In this document: piece after piece, positions 29,875-39,976 of the stretch | How the letters are laid out: each line of letters opens with the position of its first letter | How positions within the stretch are numbered: position 1 is the first letter of the stretch | NCBI GenBank assembly: GCA_043826355.1 | Contig: JBDRQI010000031.1 | Location: forward strand, 1-64,000 | DNA length: 64,000 nt | Origin: Candidatus Omnitrophota bacterium | GTDB lineage: Bacteria > Ratteibacteria > UBA8468 > MWAK01 | Direction: 5' to 3' | Program-made: the position numbers and the translations under genes | The notes under the pieces: generated by a model | Told to the model about the DNA's origin: nothing | The model's database searches: none | What the model saw: the letters and a program-made list of their open reading frames with translations, nothing else

Positions 29875-31593
29875 TCAGACGCTTTCCCGCAGACTCTTTA
29901 TCTCCAGCTCAACCGAACTGATTCCATCCTCCTGGGATAGTTTGGGGGTATAAGCAACGTCCACCAGAAGACCGGCCGGCAAAGACGGCTGCAATTTTGC
30001 CATGCCAAAACCGATCGCCTGACGAAAAGTCCGTCCGTGCTTCAACCATAATTTTAAGTGATTCTTACCCACCACCCGGCTATACCTCTGCACCTCCAGG
30101 CCAAAACTGGCCAGAACCGGGGCCGGATTATCCTGACCGTAAGGAGCGAGCAGTTCAATCTCCCGGACAATATCCGGCGTCAGGTTTGAAAGTTCAAGCT
30201 GCGCTTCAATCCGGCTGCGCTCATCTAACTCCTCAACCTTTAACCGTTTTTCGGCCAGCATCTCCATCTTCCGGCGAAATTCGTTCAGCCGCTCCGGCAA
30301 GATTCCAACACCTATCGCTTTCTGGTGTCCGCCGAAAGAAGTCAGCAGAGAACGACAGGATTTAACCGCTTCAAAAAGATGGAAACCCGGAATGGAACGG
30401 CCGCTTCCCTTGGCCAGGTGAGGCGTAATTCCAAAGATAATAGCCGGCCGGTGGTAGCGGTCGGCAATCTTTCCGGCAACGATACCGACCACGCCCGGAT
30501 GCCAGTCCTTGTTCCCCAAAATAATTATAGAACGCTCGTTTAAGTTTTGCTCTTCAATCTCGCGGCAGACCGCTTCCAGTACTTTCTGTTCCAACCGTTG
30601 CCGTTTCCGATTACCCTGCTCCAGCATCTCCGCGCTGGCGGCACGCTCCGATTCACTTTCGGTTAAAAACAACTGAAGAGCTAAATCGGCCGTGGAAAGC
30701 CGTCCGGCCGCATTAATCCTCGGACCGATAATCCAACCTACTGTTTGTGTGTCGACACGACCGGGCTTGATTCCGGCCTGGCGAAAAAGATCACGAAAAG
30801 CGGGGCGGGGTGCGTGACGGAGTATTTCCAAACCCAGGCGGGTGAGAATACGGCTTTCTCCCCGGAGCGGCGACAGGTCCGCGATGGTGCCGGTGGCGAC
30901 CAGATCAAGGTATTTTCTCCCCACCTGGTCTTCGGAAAAATGAAGCCGGTTTCCCTTCTGCGATAGGGCAACCGCCCGGACTAATTCAAAAGCCACGCCC
31001 ACACCGGAAAGACTCTTAAATTCTTCTTTCCGACCCAGGTGAGGATTTACCAGCGGCACACCTTTCGGAACCTGGTCAGCCGGCAAATGATGATCGGTAA
31101 TAATAAGATCAAGATTGATTTCTTTCGCCTTCTCCACCACGGCCGCCGCTCCGATACCGCAGTCAACCGAAATTACCAGCCCCACTCCGCTCTTCTTCTT
31201 AGCTTCCCTTAAGGGGTTAAAATGCAGGCCATAGCCTTCTTCAATCCGGTGGGGAATAAAAGTAAAAACCGGCAGGCCCGCCTCGCGCAAAAAAAGAGTC
31301 AACAGCGCAGTGGCCGTTACGCCGTCTGCGTCGTAATCGCCGTAAACCAGTACCGGTTCCTTGTTTTTCAAGGCCTTCCCGACCCGCGCCGCCGCCGATT
31401 CCATTCCGGCCAGTTCAAACGGGTCGGAAAGATTATGGAAATCGGGGTTGAGGAAAGTTCTGCCTTCCCGGTCGTCGCTGATACCGCGATTTAGCAGCAG
31501 GGAAGCCAGAAAAGGGGAGATGGCCAACTTTCCGGCCAGGTCTGACTTGAGGTTCTCATCATGCGGAACGAACTCCCATACCTTATTATCCAT
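29875..31593 (-). CDS. recJ: Single-stranded DNA exonuclease RecJ
   Basis: GDYDADG, TDHH, GPRINAAGRL, GSGRS, GGH; start probably ATG 31593. Confidence 0.96.
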   Translation of the reverse strand: MDNKVWEFVPHDENLKSDLAGKLAISPFLASLLLNRGISDDREGRTFLNPDFHNLSDPFELAGMESAAARVGKALKNKEPVLVYGDYDADGVTATALLTLFLREAGLPVFTFIPHRIEEGYGLHFNPLREAKKKSGVGLVISVDCGIGAAAVVEKAKEINLDLIITDHHLPADQVPKGVPLVNPHLGRKEEFKSLSGVGVAFELVRAVALSQKGNRLHFSEDQVGRKYLDLVATGTIADLSPLRGESRILTRLGLEILRHAPRPAFRDLFRQAGIKPGRVDTQTVGWIIGPRINAAGRLSTADLALQLFLTESESERAASAEMLEQGNRKRQRLEQKVLEAVCREIEEQNLNERSIIILGNKDWHPGVVGIVAGKIADRYHRPAIIFGITPHLAKGSGRSIPGFHLFEAVKSCRSLLTSFGGHQKAIGVGILPERLNEFRRKMEMLAEKRLKVEELDERSRIEAQLELSNLTPDIVREIELLAPYGQDNPAPVLASFGLEVQRYSRVVGKNHLKLWLKHGRTFRQAIGFGMAKLQPSLPAGLLVDVAYTPKLSQEDGISSVELEIKSLRESV

Positions 31594-31858
31594 CAAATAA
31601 TTCTTGTCGGTCAGGCCCAGGCTCCGCCAAAACAAGCAGTTCTTTCGAGGTTACCTCCGAAGGGTTAACCTCCTCAAAACGTTTTTCGCCAATCAGGAGC
31701 GCCGGGATGCGACCGACATTATGGTAAGCCATTTCAACCAAACCGTCGGTGGTTCCGATATCATAATAAGCGAAAGGAATGGAGAGGTGGGTAAGTTTTC
31801 GCTTCCATCCTTCGCAGAGCGCACAACCTTCTTTTCCGAATAAAATAACTTCTTTCAT
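31586..31858 (-). CDS. Glutaredoxin/thioredoxin-like protein
   Basis: CALC (CxxC) motif and a cis-Pro-type IPAL motif. Confidence 0.75.
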   Translation of the reverse strand: MKEVILFGKEGCALCEGWKRKLTHLSIPFAYYDIGTTDGLVEMAYHNVGRIPALLIGEKRFEEVNPSEVTSKELLVLAEPGPDRQELFDG

Positions 31859-32307
31859 CTTTTTTTCTTGCGGTCAATGGTTATCCCGGCTTCGGCCAAT
31901 ATGCTTCGGGCGAATTCGTCCGGATAATCTCCGGCAATCACAATCCGGCTGACCCGGCAGTTGATAAACATCTTGGCGCAGGTAACACAGGGCTGGCAGG
32001 TGACGTAGAGGGTCGCCCCGGTAATCGGCACACCGTAAAGAGCCGCCTGAATTATGGCGTTCTGCTCCGCGTGCAATCCCCGGCATAGTTCCTGCCTTTC
32101 TCCGGAAGGAATCCCGCGCTCCTCACGCAGGCACCCGATATCAAGGCAATGCCTGAGGTTAGCCGGTGCGCCGTTATAACCGGTGGTCAGGATGCGTTTT
32201 TCGCGTACCAGGACTGCGCCTACCTGGCGCCGCCGGCAGGTAGAGCGGGTGGCAACCAAGTCGGCAATTTTCAAAAAATAGTTATCCCAGTCCGGCCGTT
32301 TTTTCAT
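31855..32307 (-). CDS. dCMP deaminase (ComEB-like)
   Basis: [27 protein letters not shown]. Confidence 0.93.
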   Translation of the reverse strand: MKKRPDWDNYFLKIADLVATRSTCRRRQVGAVLVREKRILTTGYNGAPANLRHCLDIGCLREERGIPSGERQELCRGLHAEQNAIIQAALYGVPITGATLYVTCQPCVTCAKMFINCRVSRIVIAGDYPDEFARSILAEAGITIDRKKKR

Positions 32308-32318
32308 TCCAACAGACG

Positions 32319-32346
32319 GGTGGGGGCGGATAAATCCGCCCCCACC
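32319..32346. repeat. Perfect hairpin, REP-like
   Basis: GGTGGGGGCGGAT-AA-ATCCGCCCCCACC; related to 13714-13770. Confidence 0.7.
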
Positions 32347-32387
32347 TTAAAATATCCGATGCGTTTGTACGGATTATTCAATCCCTG

Positions 32388-33056
32388 CTATTTTTTCAAT
32401 CGCTGAAAATACCCCTCCAGCCATCCCTTGATTAAATCCTTGGACCCAAGTGCAAATGCCAGAGCAGCGCCGAAACAAAAAGCAGCCAGCACAATATTAA
32501 AGGTGCTGCTGATAAAAGAGGCGGCAATTCCGATTATCTGCAGGGCCAGCACGGTGCCGAAGACAACGATTCCCACTTCGGTTATTTTCGCCAGGAAACC
32601 CGGATTATCAATACCGGCGTTGGCCACGGAAGTTTGAACCACCCCCTTAAAAAACTTACCCAGAAACACGGAAAAGATGAAAATGATTATACCCAGCACA
32701 AATTTGGGAATAAATTCCAGAAGCTGGCCGATAACGTTGGGAGGTATGGAAATATTACCCACCGTCAGCGCAATGAAAATCACCACCAAGAGCATTATCC
32801 AGTAAACCGCAATACCGAGCAGTTCCGAAACCGGTTTGGTGATGTTCCCTTTTTCCAGCAGACCTTTAAATCCGGAATCTTCCACCAACTTATCAATCTT
32901 TATTCCCTTGAATATCCTGGTGATTAAAAAACACAAAAGCTTGGCAATCAGCCAACCGATTAAAAAGACCACCAACGCCAGAATCAGCGTTGACAAACCA
33001 TACCAAAACCTTTGCAGCATCTCCGCCGCCGGCATAAAAAGACTCTCCGTTCCCAT
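32388..33056 (-). CDS. TM-helix repeat membrane protein (CmpX/MscS N-terminal-like)
   Basis: Repeated TM segments; ALAFALGSKD; GGAGGA RBS before ATG 33056. Confidence 0.8.
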   Translation of the reverse strand: MGTESLFMPAAEMLQRFWYGLSTLILALVVFLIGWLIAKLLCFLITRIFKGIKIDKLVEDSGFKGLLEKGNITKPVSELLGIAVYWIMLLVVIFIALTVGNISIPPNVIGQLLEFIPKFVLGIIIFIFSVFLGKFFKGVVQTSVANAGIDNPGFLAKITEVGIVVFGTVLALQIIGIAASFISSTFNIVLAAFCFGAALAFALGSKDLIKGWLEGYFQRLKK

Positions 33057-33147
33057 CCCCTCCTCCTTTGGCCGCCGCAACAAGGACACCGGATGGTGGC
33101 AGAGCCACCCGACAACGAGGTGTCCGTTTTGCTTAAGCGACATTCAG

Positions 33148-33175
33148 CCCGCCTACTCGGAAGCTACGGCGGGTA
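33148..33175. repeat. REP-like hairpin
   Basis: CCCGCCTAC-TCGGAA-GCTACGGCGGG. Confidence 0.55.
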
Positions 33176-33314
33176 AACCTTATGCATGGACGACCCTCTA
33201 AACGCCTTATTCCCTTCTTACGATAAGCTGCTTGTTCTATTTTAACAGGATACAAAACGATAGTCAAATATGCGCCTGATTGACAAAACAACAGCACTAA
33301 CGATAACATAAAGC

Positions 33315-34010
33315 ATGAAGGAGGAAATTATAGCAAGAAGCATGCGTAAGAAAATACCCGACTTTTTGAAGCCGCTTATCTTAATTACCTCATTATTTTT
33401 ATTTTTTGCTCTCTTTTCTACCGTCCTCACGGGAGTCGAAAGTAAAAATACTACAGACCTTACGAAAACCATCACGCAGGGTTACGTGATTAACACCCGT
33501 TATCTACTGGGTTGTGATTATTACAACCAGGGTGTTAAATATTCCAACAACCAGCAGTACGATAAGGCCCTGGTCTCTTTTCGCAAGGCGGTAGAGTTAC
33601 TGCCAAAGGGCCATCCGGGGTATGTCCTTTCCAAAATTGAAATCCAGCGGTTGACCGACCCCGGATTCCTGGAGGAAAAAAAGAATAGATACGAAATACT
33701 GCTTACGGAAGAGGTCACCCAACAGTTAGAGAACATAGAAAAAGAAGCCAGAAAAATAGTCGGCATTGCCGTTGAAAAAGAACTGGAGCCCGCCTCCGAA
33801 AATCAGGAGGTAGCAAGAGAGAAACGACTGAAGAAAGCCGCCCGGCAGGTTGCCCTGGAACTCGCAATCGAAAACCTAAAAAAGCAGATTGAACAGGAAA
33901 ATAATACAACCGAACTCTCGATATCTCAAAAAATACAGCCGGATGAAGAAGGACTATTAAAAGAAAAGATCAGGTCGCTGGTGGACCAGGAATTCGCCAT
34001 CCGAAAATAG
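33315..34010 (+). CDS. Hypothetical protein with an N-terminal TM/signal, one TPR and a coiled coil
   Basis: TPR-like YYNQGVKYSNNQQYDKALVSFRKAVEL; charged C-terminus. Confidence 0.7.
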   Translation: MKEEIIARSMRKKIPDFLKPLILITSLFLFFALFSTVLTGVESKNTTDLTKTITQGYVINTRYLLGCDYYNQGVKYSNNQQYDKALVSFRKAVELLPKGHPGYVLSKIEIQRLTDPGFLEEKKNRYEILLTEEVTQQLENIEKEARKIVGIAVEKELEPASENQEVAREKRLKKAARQVALELAIENLKKQIEQENNTTELSISQKIQPDEEGLLKEKIRSLVDQEFAIRK

Positions 34011-34020
34011 AGGTTTGGCC

Positions 34021-34848
34021 ATGGTATGGAAATGCCCTAAATGCAACAAGGAACTGAAAGAAAACGACGCCACCCGGGGTAACTGCCCTTACTGCTTTCA
34101 AACTTTTGACCGGCCCGAAGAGTTTCAGGAAGAAAAGGTTTTGGTTGAAAAAACCGCCGGAAATTTTCGGATTACCGAACGTGATTCGGATTCTATTCTG
34201 CTTTGGTTATCGCTTACCGCCCTGTGCTTATTATTAGTCTCGCTCTTCCTGGAAATCTGGCAGCCGCCCCAAAAATACCAGCCGGCCTCACCTCAAATCA
34301 AAACGGAAAAAATAGCGCCGAAACGGAATGAGCCGACCAAACCAAAAGAAGAAAACGACTCCGTGAAGTCACTCCAGGCAAAAGAAAAGGAGATTGCCCA
34401 GACAATCCTGCTGGAGTACGGGAAAAAAACCTGTCAGAAAATTAACGAATCCCTGGAACAGGACCGTCTCCTGCAGCAAAAAGACGAAGCGAAGCTCGGA
34501 GGCCTGTTTGGCAATCCGATCGGACTGGCACACACCCAGTTGCAATCCGTTTATGCCCGATACTACCAGGCCTATTTTTTGCTGTTGGGTGTAAATGAAA
34601 ATCCGGACGGATTTAAAGTCATAACCAATGATATTGTTGTCAGCAACGCCGATTTCGCAAAAGGGAAACTGGTCATCCAGCTAATCACCCCCTCTTCCCT
34701 GAATGCCGAAAATACCGAACTATTTAAAACGGTCCATTCCGAACCCTACCAGTTTATTGTTTCCTGCACCCGCTCCGGAAATGAATGGAAGGTAAAGGAA
34801 TGGACTACGACCGGCACCGAATGGAATTTCCGGCCCCTGCCCCATTAA
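34021..34848 (+). CDS. Hypothetical protein with an N-terminal Zn ribbon and one TM helix
   Basis: CPKC...CPYC and a central hydrophobic segment. Confidence 0.7.
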   Translation: MVWKCPKCNKELKENDATRGNCPYCFQTFDRPEEFQEEKVLVEKTAGNFRITERDSDSILLWLSLTALCLLLVSLFLEIWQPPQKYQPASPQIKTEKIAPKRNEPTKPKEENDSVKSLQAKEKEIAQTILLEYGKKTCQKINESLEQDRLLQQKDEAKLGGLFGNPIGLAHTQLQSVYARYYQAYFLLLGVNENPDGFKVITNDIVVSNADFAKGKLVIQLITPSSLNAENTELFKTVHSEPYQFIVSCTRSGNEWKVKEWTTTGTEWNFRPLPH

Positions 34849-34957
34849 CCAAAGCAAATGGCAACCAGATTGTTTCAACGAAAACCGGCAAATCGTACGC
34901 GAATCCGGTTATAATTATAAAAGTAATTTTTAACGCGGCACAGTCCAGGGAGGAACC

Positions 34958-35458
34958 ATGAGGGAAGAAAATATTTTGGAGTTGAACCGGGACATTTTTT
35001 TCGAATACGGAACGTTCGCAAATTTAATTAATCCCAATACGGCCAGACTGGGTAAGAAACCGATTGAGTTTTTCCGGGACATGCTCTCGGTGAAACTGGG
35101 AACGGCCAACATCGCCTCTTTCTCCGTTTGCCGCGTAGAGAAAAGGCCTTTTGTCGTCAATGTTAGCGAATACCACAATTCCACCGGAGAGGGCATTCTT
35201 CCGCTGGATGGGAACATCCTGATACACGTCGCAATCGCCACGCCGGAAAACAAAATACCGGCAGACAAGATTAAAATCTTCCACGTACCCAAGGGAACGA
35301 TGGTCAGCCTGAACCCGGGAGTCTGGCACCACGCGCCTTTCGCCTATAAAAACGATGCCGTCAACGTCATGGTGGTATTGCCGGAAAGAATCTACGCCAA
35401 TGACTGCGAAGCTCATCCCCTCCCGCCGGCAAAACAGGTCCGGATCAAAATCAGCTGA
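34958..35458 (+). CDS. Ureidoglycolate lyase-like cupin
   Basis: EYH...GEGILPL and PGVWHHAPF. Confidence 0.8.
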   Translation: MREENILELNRDIFFEYGTFANLINPNTARLGKKPIEFFRDMLSVKLGTANIASFSVCRVEKRPFVVNVSEYHNSTGEGILPLDGNILIHVAIATPENKIPADKIKIFHVPKGTMVSLNPGVWHHAPFAYKNDAVNVMVVLPERIYANDCEAHPLPPAKQVRIKIS

Positions 35459-35539
35459 ATCATTATTGGAAACCGCCGTCCCTTAACCCCGGCAACTAAA
35501 AAAAGGGGCGTTCCGCATCATCCGGACAAGATTTATCTT

Positions 35540-35569
35540 TTGACTTACCCTCCAATTCTATGATAAAAT
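35540..35569 (+). promoter_or_regulatory. Putative sigma70 promoter of the first pst operon
   Basis: TTGACT-18-TAAAAT with an extended TG. Confidence 0.5.
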
Positions 35570-35673
35570 TTGACCGTTTGTAGTTCGACAATTTCTGCAA
35601 CAACAATCCCAGTAATAGTTTTATTTTTACTGAAAAAAGCGGAGGATGTATTTAGTCTAATCATCTAATCGGG

Positions 35674-35707
35674 GATTGCCGCGCTCCCTTCGGTCGCTCG
35701 CAATAAC
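35674..35707. repeat. Half copy of an RPE-like palindromic element
   Basis: GATTGCCGCGCTCCCTTCGGTCGCTCGCAATAAC. Confidence 0.7.
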
Positions 35708-35719
35708 AACATTAAAATT

Positions 35720-36562
35720 ATGGGTTTCCGCTATCCGAAATCCTTGGTTCCCGCACTTTTAACCACCCTGTTCTGCCTTTCTTTGAGTTCCTGCGGCAAA
35801 GGCCGCGCCGAAAAACTTATCGTGGCTGGTTCAAACTCTGCCTATTCCTATGTGGAATTCTTGGCCGAGATCTATACCGTAAAACAGCCGAAGATAAACG
35901 TAATTGTACAGGGCGGCGGTTCCAGCGCCGGGATTGAATCGGCGCTCACCGGAACCTCCAACATCGGGATGTCTTCGCGGGAACTTAAACCGAAAGAAGA
36001 GTTTGAGGCCGGAGGAAAAGTAAAACTGCAAAAAGTGCCGTTCGCTTTTGACGTAATTGCCGTAATCGTCAACGCCAATTCCCCCCTGACCAATATATCA
36101 AGCGAACAATTGCGAAACCTGTTCGCCGGACATATCAACAAAATTGACAACTGGCCGCTGACCGTGGTTACCCGCGAAGAGGGTTCAGGCACCAGAGCAA
36201 GTTTTGAAGAATCCGTGATGAAAGCGCCGGGCTCCAAAAAAACCGACCGGATTTCCAATTCGGCGCTGGTTCAGGATTCCAACGGAACCATCCGGGAAAT
36301 CGTGGCCGGCGACCCGAACGCCATTGGTTATATCTCGCTGGGCCTGGTTGACAAGCGGGTTAAGACGCTGTCTGTTGATAACGTTATACCGACCGCAGAG
36401 ACGGTCAAGAATGGAAGCTATAAAATAGCGCATCGATTTCTGTTTCTCCTGAAAACCCGGAATAATCCCCCGGCCGAGGATTTCATCAAATTCTGCCTTT
36501 CTCCGGAAGGTCAAAACCTGCTGGCCAAAAAGGGCCTAATTGAGGTAGAAAACATTCAATGA
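35720..36562 (+). CDS. pstS: Phosphate ABC transporter substrate-binding lipoprotein
   Basis: Lipobox LSSC, GGGSSAG, REEGSGTR. Confidence 0.92.
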   Translation: MGFRYPKSLVPALLTTLFCLSLSSCGKGRAEKLIVAGSNSAYSYVEFLAEIYTVKQPKINVIVQGGGSSAGIESALTGTSNIGMSSRELKPKEEFEAGGKVKLQKVPFAFDVIAVIVNANSPLTNISSEQLRNLFAGHINKIDNWPLTVVTREEGSGTRASFEESVMKAPGSKKTDRISNSALVQDSNGTIREIVAGDPNAIGYISLGLVDKRVKTLSVDNVIPTAETVKNGSYKIAHRFLFLLKTRNNPPAEDFIKFCLSPEGQNLLAKKGLIEVENIQ

Positions 36563-37431
36563 AACGAAACGTGGCCGGCAAAGTATTATTACTAATCGCC
36601 CTTTCGTCAATCACTTCCCTGACCGCCATAACCTTCTTCATTTTTAAAGAAGGTCTGCCTTTAATCTTCAAGGTCGGAATCGTCAACTTCCTTACCGGCC
36701 GAGAATGGTCCCCTTCCAGCAGAGAGTTCGGAATTCTGCCGATGATTCTATCTTCCGCATGGATAACACTGGGCGCATTGGTCATCGGCGTTCCGACCGG
36801 AATCTCCTGCGCCGTATTTTTAGCGGAAATCATCGGGGACAAAACCAGGAAAATTCTGAAACCGGCCATTGAACTTCTGGCCGGCATACCCTCGGTGGTT
36901 TACGGATTTATGGGCGTGATAATCCTGGTCCCGTTCATCCGAAAAACCTTCGGCGGTCCGGGCTTTTCCCTGCTGGCCGGCAGTATCATTTTGGGCATCA
37001 TGATTCTGCCCACCATTATCAGTATCTCCACCGATGCGCTGAAATCCGTCCCAAACTCTTTCCGCGAAGCTTCCATCTCCATGGGCGCGACGCGATGGCA
37101 GACAACTATCTTCGTGACCTTACGGGCGGCGCGCACCGGCATTCTGGCTTCCGTGATTCTGGGGATGGGCCGCGCCATAGGCGAGACGATGGCGGTAATC
37201 ATGGTGGCCGGAAATGCGCTTAACATTCCCCGCTCGCCCCTGGACCCAATCCGACCGCTCACCAGCAATATCGCCCTGGAAATGGGTTACGCCACCGGCG
37301 ACCATCAGAAAGCGCTCTTCGCCACCGGAATCGTTCTCTTTGTTTTCATTATGATTCTAAACGTAACAGCCACTTACATCTCGCGGCTGGGGCTCAAAAC
37401 AGAATCACCTTCAAAGGGACGGATTAAATGA
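36559..37431 (+). CDS. pstC: Phosphate ABC transporter permease
   Basis: [22 protein letters not shown]. Confidence 0.94.
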   Translation: MKRNVAGKVLLLIALSSITSLTAITFFIFKEGLPLIFKVGIVNFLTGREWSPSSREFGILPMILSSAWITLGALVIGVPTGISCAVFLAEIIGDKTRKILKPAIELLAGIPSVVYGFMGVIILVPFIRKTFGGPGFSLLAGSIILGIMILPTIISISTDALKSVPNSFREASISMGATRWQTTIFVTLRAARTGILASVILGMGRAIGETMAVIMVAGNALNIPRSPLDPIRPLTSNIALEMGYATGDHQKALFATGIVLFVFIMILNVTATYISRLGLKTESPSKGRIK

Positions 37432-38279
37432 AATTTCTGCGGCGTAATCCGGTCACGACCCAGCGGTTGGCTGATACCTATTTCAGCATTATGGCCGTGC
37501 TGGTCCTTTTTATCCTCCTCTTTATTTTAGGTTTTATCCTGATTAAAGGATTGCCGGTCCTGAATTTCAAATTTATCTTCGGCCGGCCTGAAGGAATGGG
37601 CGAAGCCGGGGGAATCTTTCCAACCATCGTGGGAACGTTTCTGCTGCCCCTGGTCGCCCTCCTCTTCGCCGTCCCGCTGGGCGTGGGAACCGCCATCTAC
37701 CTGACCGAATATACCCGGGAAAACCGGTTGACCGCATTCATCAGGTTTGGGGCCGAATGCCTGGCCGGCATTCCGTCCATCATCTTCGGCCTCTTCGGCT
37801 TTGTCCTCTTCGTGGTTACGCTGAAGATGGGCTGGTCACTCCTTTCCGGAGGGCTGACGCTGGCAATAATGGTGCTGCCCACCATCATCCGGACCAGCGA
37901 GGAATCTATTAAGGCAGTCCCCCGTTATTACAGAGAAGTCGCTTTCTCCCTGGGCGCAACCAAATGGCAGGGGATAACTAGGGTTGTTCTGCCCTCCGCT
38001 CTTTCCGGTATCTTCACCGGCATCATGCTCGCCCTCGGCCGTTCCATCGGCGAAACCGCCGCAGTAATCTTCACGGCCGGCGCTTCCCTGAAGATGCCCA
38101 CTTCAGCCCTGGATTCGATCCGCACGATGGCAGTCCATTTTTACATCCTGGCCCGGGAAGGCATCAGTATGAAAAATGCATACGGTACCGCAGCGCTCTT
38201 AGTCATATTAATCCTGGTCATCAACACCGTTGCCTACTACACGATGCATAAATTTCTGGAAAAGACCCATCATGAATAA
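37428..38279 (+). CDS. pstA: Phosphate ABC transporter permease
   Basis: GGIFPTIVGT, AGIPSIIFGLFG, GETAA. Confidence 0.94.
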   Translation: MKFLRRNPVTTQRLADTYFSIMAVLVLFILLFILGFILIKGLPVLNFKFIFGRPEGMGEAGGIFPTIVGTFLLPLVALLFAVPLGVGTAIYLTEYTRENRLTAFIRFGAECLAGIPSIIFGLFGFVLFVVTLKMGWSLLSGGLTLAIMVLPTIIRTSEESIKAVPRYYREVAFSLGATKWQGITRVVLPSALSGIFTGIMLALGRSIGETAAVIFTAGASLKMPTSALDSIRTMAVHFYILAREGISMKNAYGTAALLVILILVINTVAYYTMHKFLEKTHHE

Positions 38280-39045
38280 GGGGTTGCAAAAGAATAAAAT
38301 CATCGAAACAATTGACCTTTCTCTTCAGGGCAACAGCGAAATGGTGCTTAAGTCCATAAACCTTGCCCTGATTCGTAACAGCATCCTGGGCATTATCGGG
38401 CCGACCGGCAGCGGAAAGACCTCGTTTTTGCGCATTCTGAACCGTCTGATTGAATTTGACGAGGGATACCGGGTGTCCGGCTCGGTTCTCTTTAAAAACA
38501 GGGATGTCTTTGACCCTTCCGTGGACCTTGGCGAATTACGCCGGAGAATAGGCATGGTATTTGCGCTACCGGTTCCGCTGCCGATGTCCATTCGCCACAA
38601 CCTGACCTTTGGTCCAAAATTATCGGGCGTCAAAAACCACGCCGAACTTAACGGTCTGATGGAATGCGGACTCAAAGCCGCCCAACTCTGGGATGAGGTG
38701 AAGGACCGTTTAAGTCTTTCGGCTCTAAAACTTTCCGGAGGACAGCAGCAGCGGCTCTGCCTGGCCAGAATTATCGCCCTGAAACCGGAGGTCATACTTC
38801 TGGATGACCCCTGCAGCGGTCTGGACCCGATTTCAACCGCTAAAATAGAGGAAGCCATCATCAATCTTAAAAAGGAGATTTCGTTCATCCTGGTGACCAA
38901 CAATACCAAGCAGGTCGCGCGCGTTGCCGACCGTACCGCCTTTTTTATGCGCGGGGAAATGGTGGAACATAATGAAACGAAAGACCTGTTTACGGCGCCG
39001 AAAGACAAGCGGACCGAAGATTATATAGCTGGAAGATTCGGGTGA
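38272..39045 (+). CDS. pstB: Phosphate ABC ATPase with degenerate Q-loop, Walker B and H-loop
   Basis: GPTGSGKT and LSGGQQQ are intact, but VFAL, LLDDP and VTNN are changed; TEDYIAGRFG. Confidence 0.9.
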   Translation: MNKGLQKNKIIETIDLSLQGNSEMVLKSINLALIRNSILGIIGPTGSGKTSFLRILNRLIEFDEGYRVSGSVLFKNRDVFDPSVDLGELRRRIGMVFALPVPLPMSIRHNLTFGPKLSGVKNHAELNGLMECGLKAAQLWDEVKDRLSLSALKLSGGQQQRLCLARIIALKPEVILLDDPCSGLDPISTAKIEEAIINLKKEISFILVTNNTKQVARVADRTAFFMRGEMVEHNETKDLFTAPKDKRTEDYIAGRFG

Positions 39046-39064
39046 TAAAAATAGTGAACGGTGT

Positions 39065-39820
39065 ATGGATTATAAGATAGAAACGAAAGGTCTCAATCTT
39101 TACTACGGAAAATTCCAGGCGCTCCGGAACATAAACTGCAGTTTTGAGGCAAACCGGATTACCGCCCTCATCGGGCCGTCCGGTTGCGGCAAATCAACCT
39201 TTCTGCGCTGCCTCAACCGGATGAACGACCTTATTCCCGGAGTCAAAATTGAGGGCCGGGTCATCATTAGCGGAAAGAATATCTATGCGGCCGGCAACGA
39301 CCTTATTTCGCTCCGCAAAAAGATAGGGATGGTCTTCCAGCGGCCCAACCCTTTTCCGCTCTCCGTCAGGGAGAACGTCACTTACGGCCTTAAGATACAC
39401 AACCTCGCAGCCAGGCAGGACTGGGACCGGATTGTGGAAGAGAGCCTGCGCAGTACCTGGCTGTGGCACGAATTAAAAGACGGCCTCCGGAAGGACGCCC
39501 GGCTCCTGCCGCTGGACCAGCAGCAGCGGCTCTGCCTGGCCAGAATCGTCGCCACCAAGCCGGAAATCATCCTGCTGGACGAACCGTGCAGCGCCCTTGA
39601 CCCGATTGCCACCGAAAAACTGGAAGAATTGATGCGGGCGCTGAAATTAACGTATACCATCGTCATCGTAACTCACAACATGGACCAGGCGGTCAGGATT
39701 TCCGATTCCTGCGGTTTCTTTCTCCTGGGCGACCTGGTCGAATTCGGGACGACCGAGCAGGTCTTTGAAAAACCGGCTGATACCCGCACCGAAAGATATA
39801 TTACCGGACACTTCGGTTAA
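39065..39820 (+). CDS. pstB: Phosphate ABC ATPase with a degenerate signature motif
   Basis: [21 protein letters not shown] and VTHN are intact; the signature reads LPLDQQQ. Confidence 0.92.
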   Translation: MDYKIETKGLNLYYGKFQALRNINCSFEANRITALIGPSGCGKSTFLRCLNRMNDLIPGVKIEGRVIISGKNIYAAGNDLISLRKKIGMVFQRPNPFPLSVRENVTYGLKIHNLAARQDWDRIVEESLRSTWLWHELKDGLRKDARLLPLDQQQRLCLARIVATKPEIILLDEPCSALDPIATEKLEELMRALKLTYTIVIVTHNMDQAVRISDSCGFFLLGDLVEFGTTEQVFEKPADTRTERYITGHFG

Positions 39821-39832
39821 AAAATAAAAATG

Positions 39833-39939
39833 AACCGCGGAGGTCGCAGAGACCGCAGAGAAGTATAAAGCAAAAAAACTAAAGAAATAGCATTAATAAC
39901 CTTTATCAATTCTCGGCGTACTCCGCATTCTCTGCGGTT
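39833..39939. repeat. Inverted repeat element (AACCGCAGAG...CTCTGCGGTT type)
   Basis: AACCGCGGAGGTCGCAGAGACCGCAGAGAA ... TTCTCGGCGTACTCCGCATTCTCTGCGGTT. Confidence 0.75.
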
Positions 39940-39976
39940 AAATATTAACAATGCAGGCTTAAAAAATGGAGGATTT

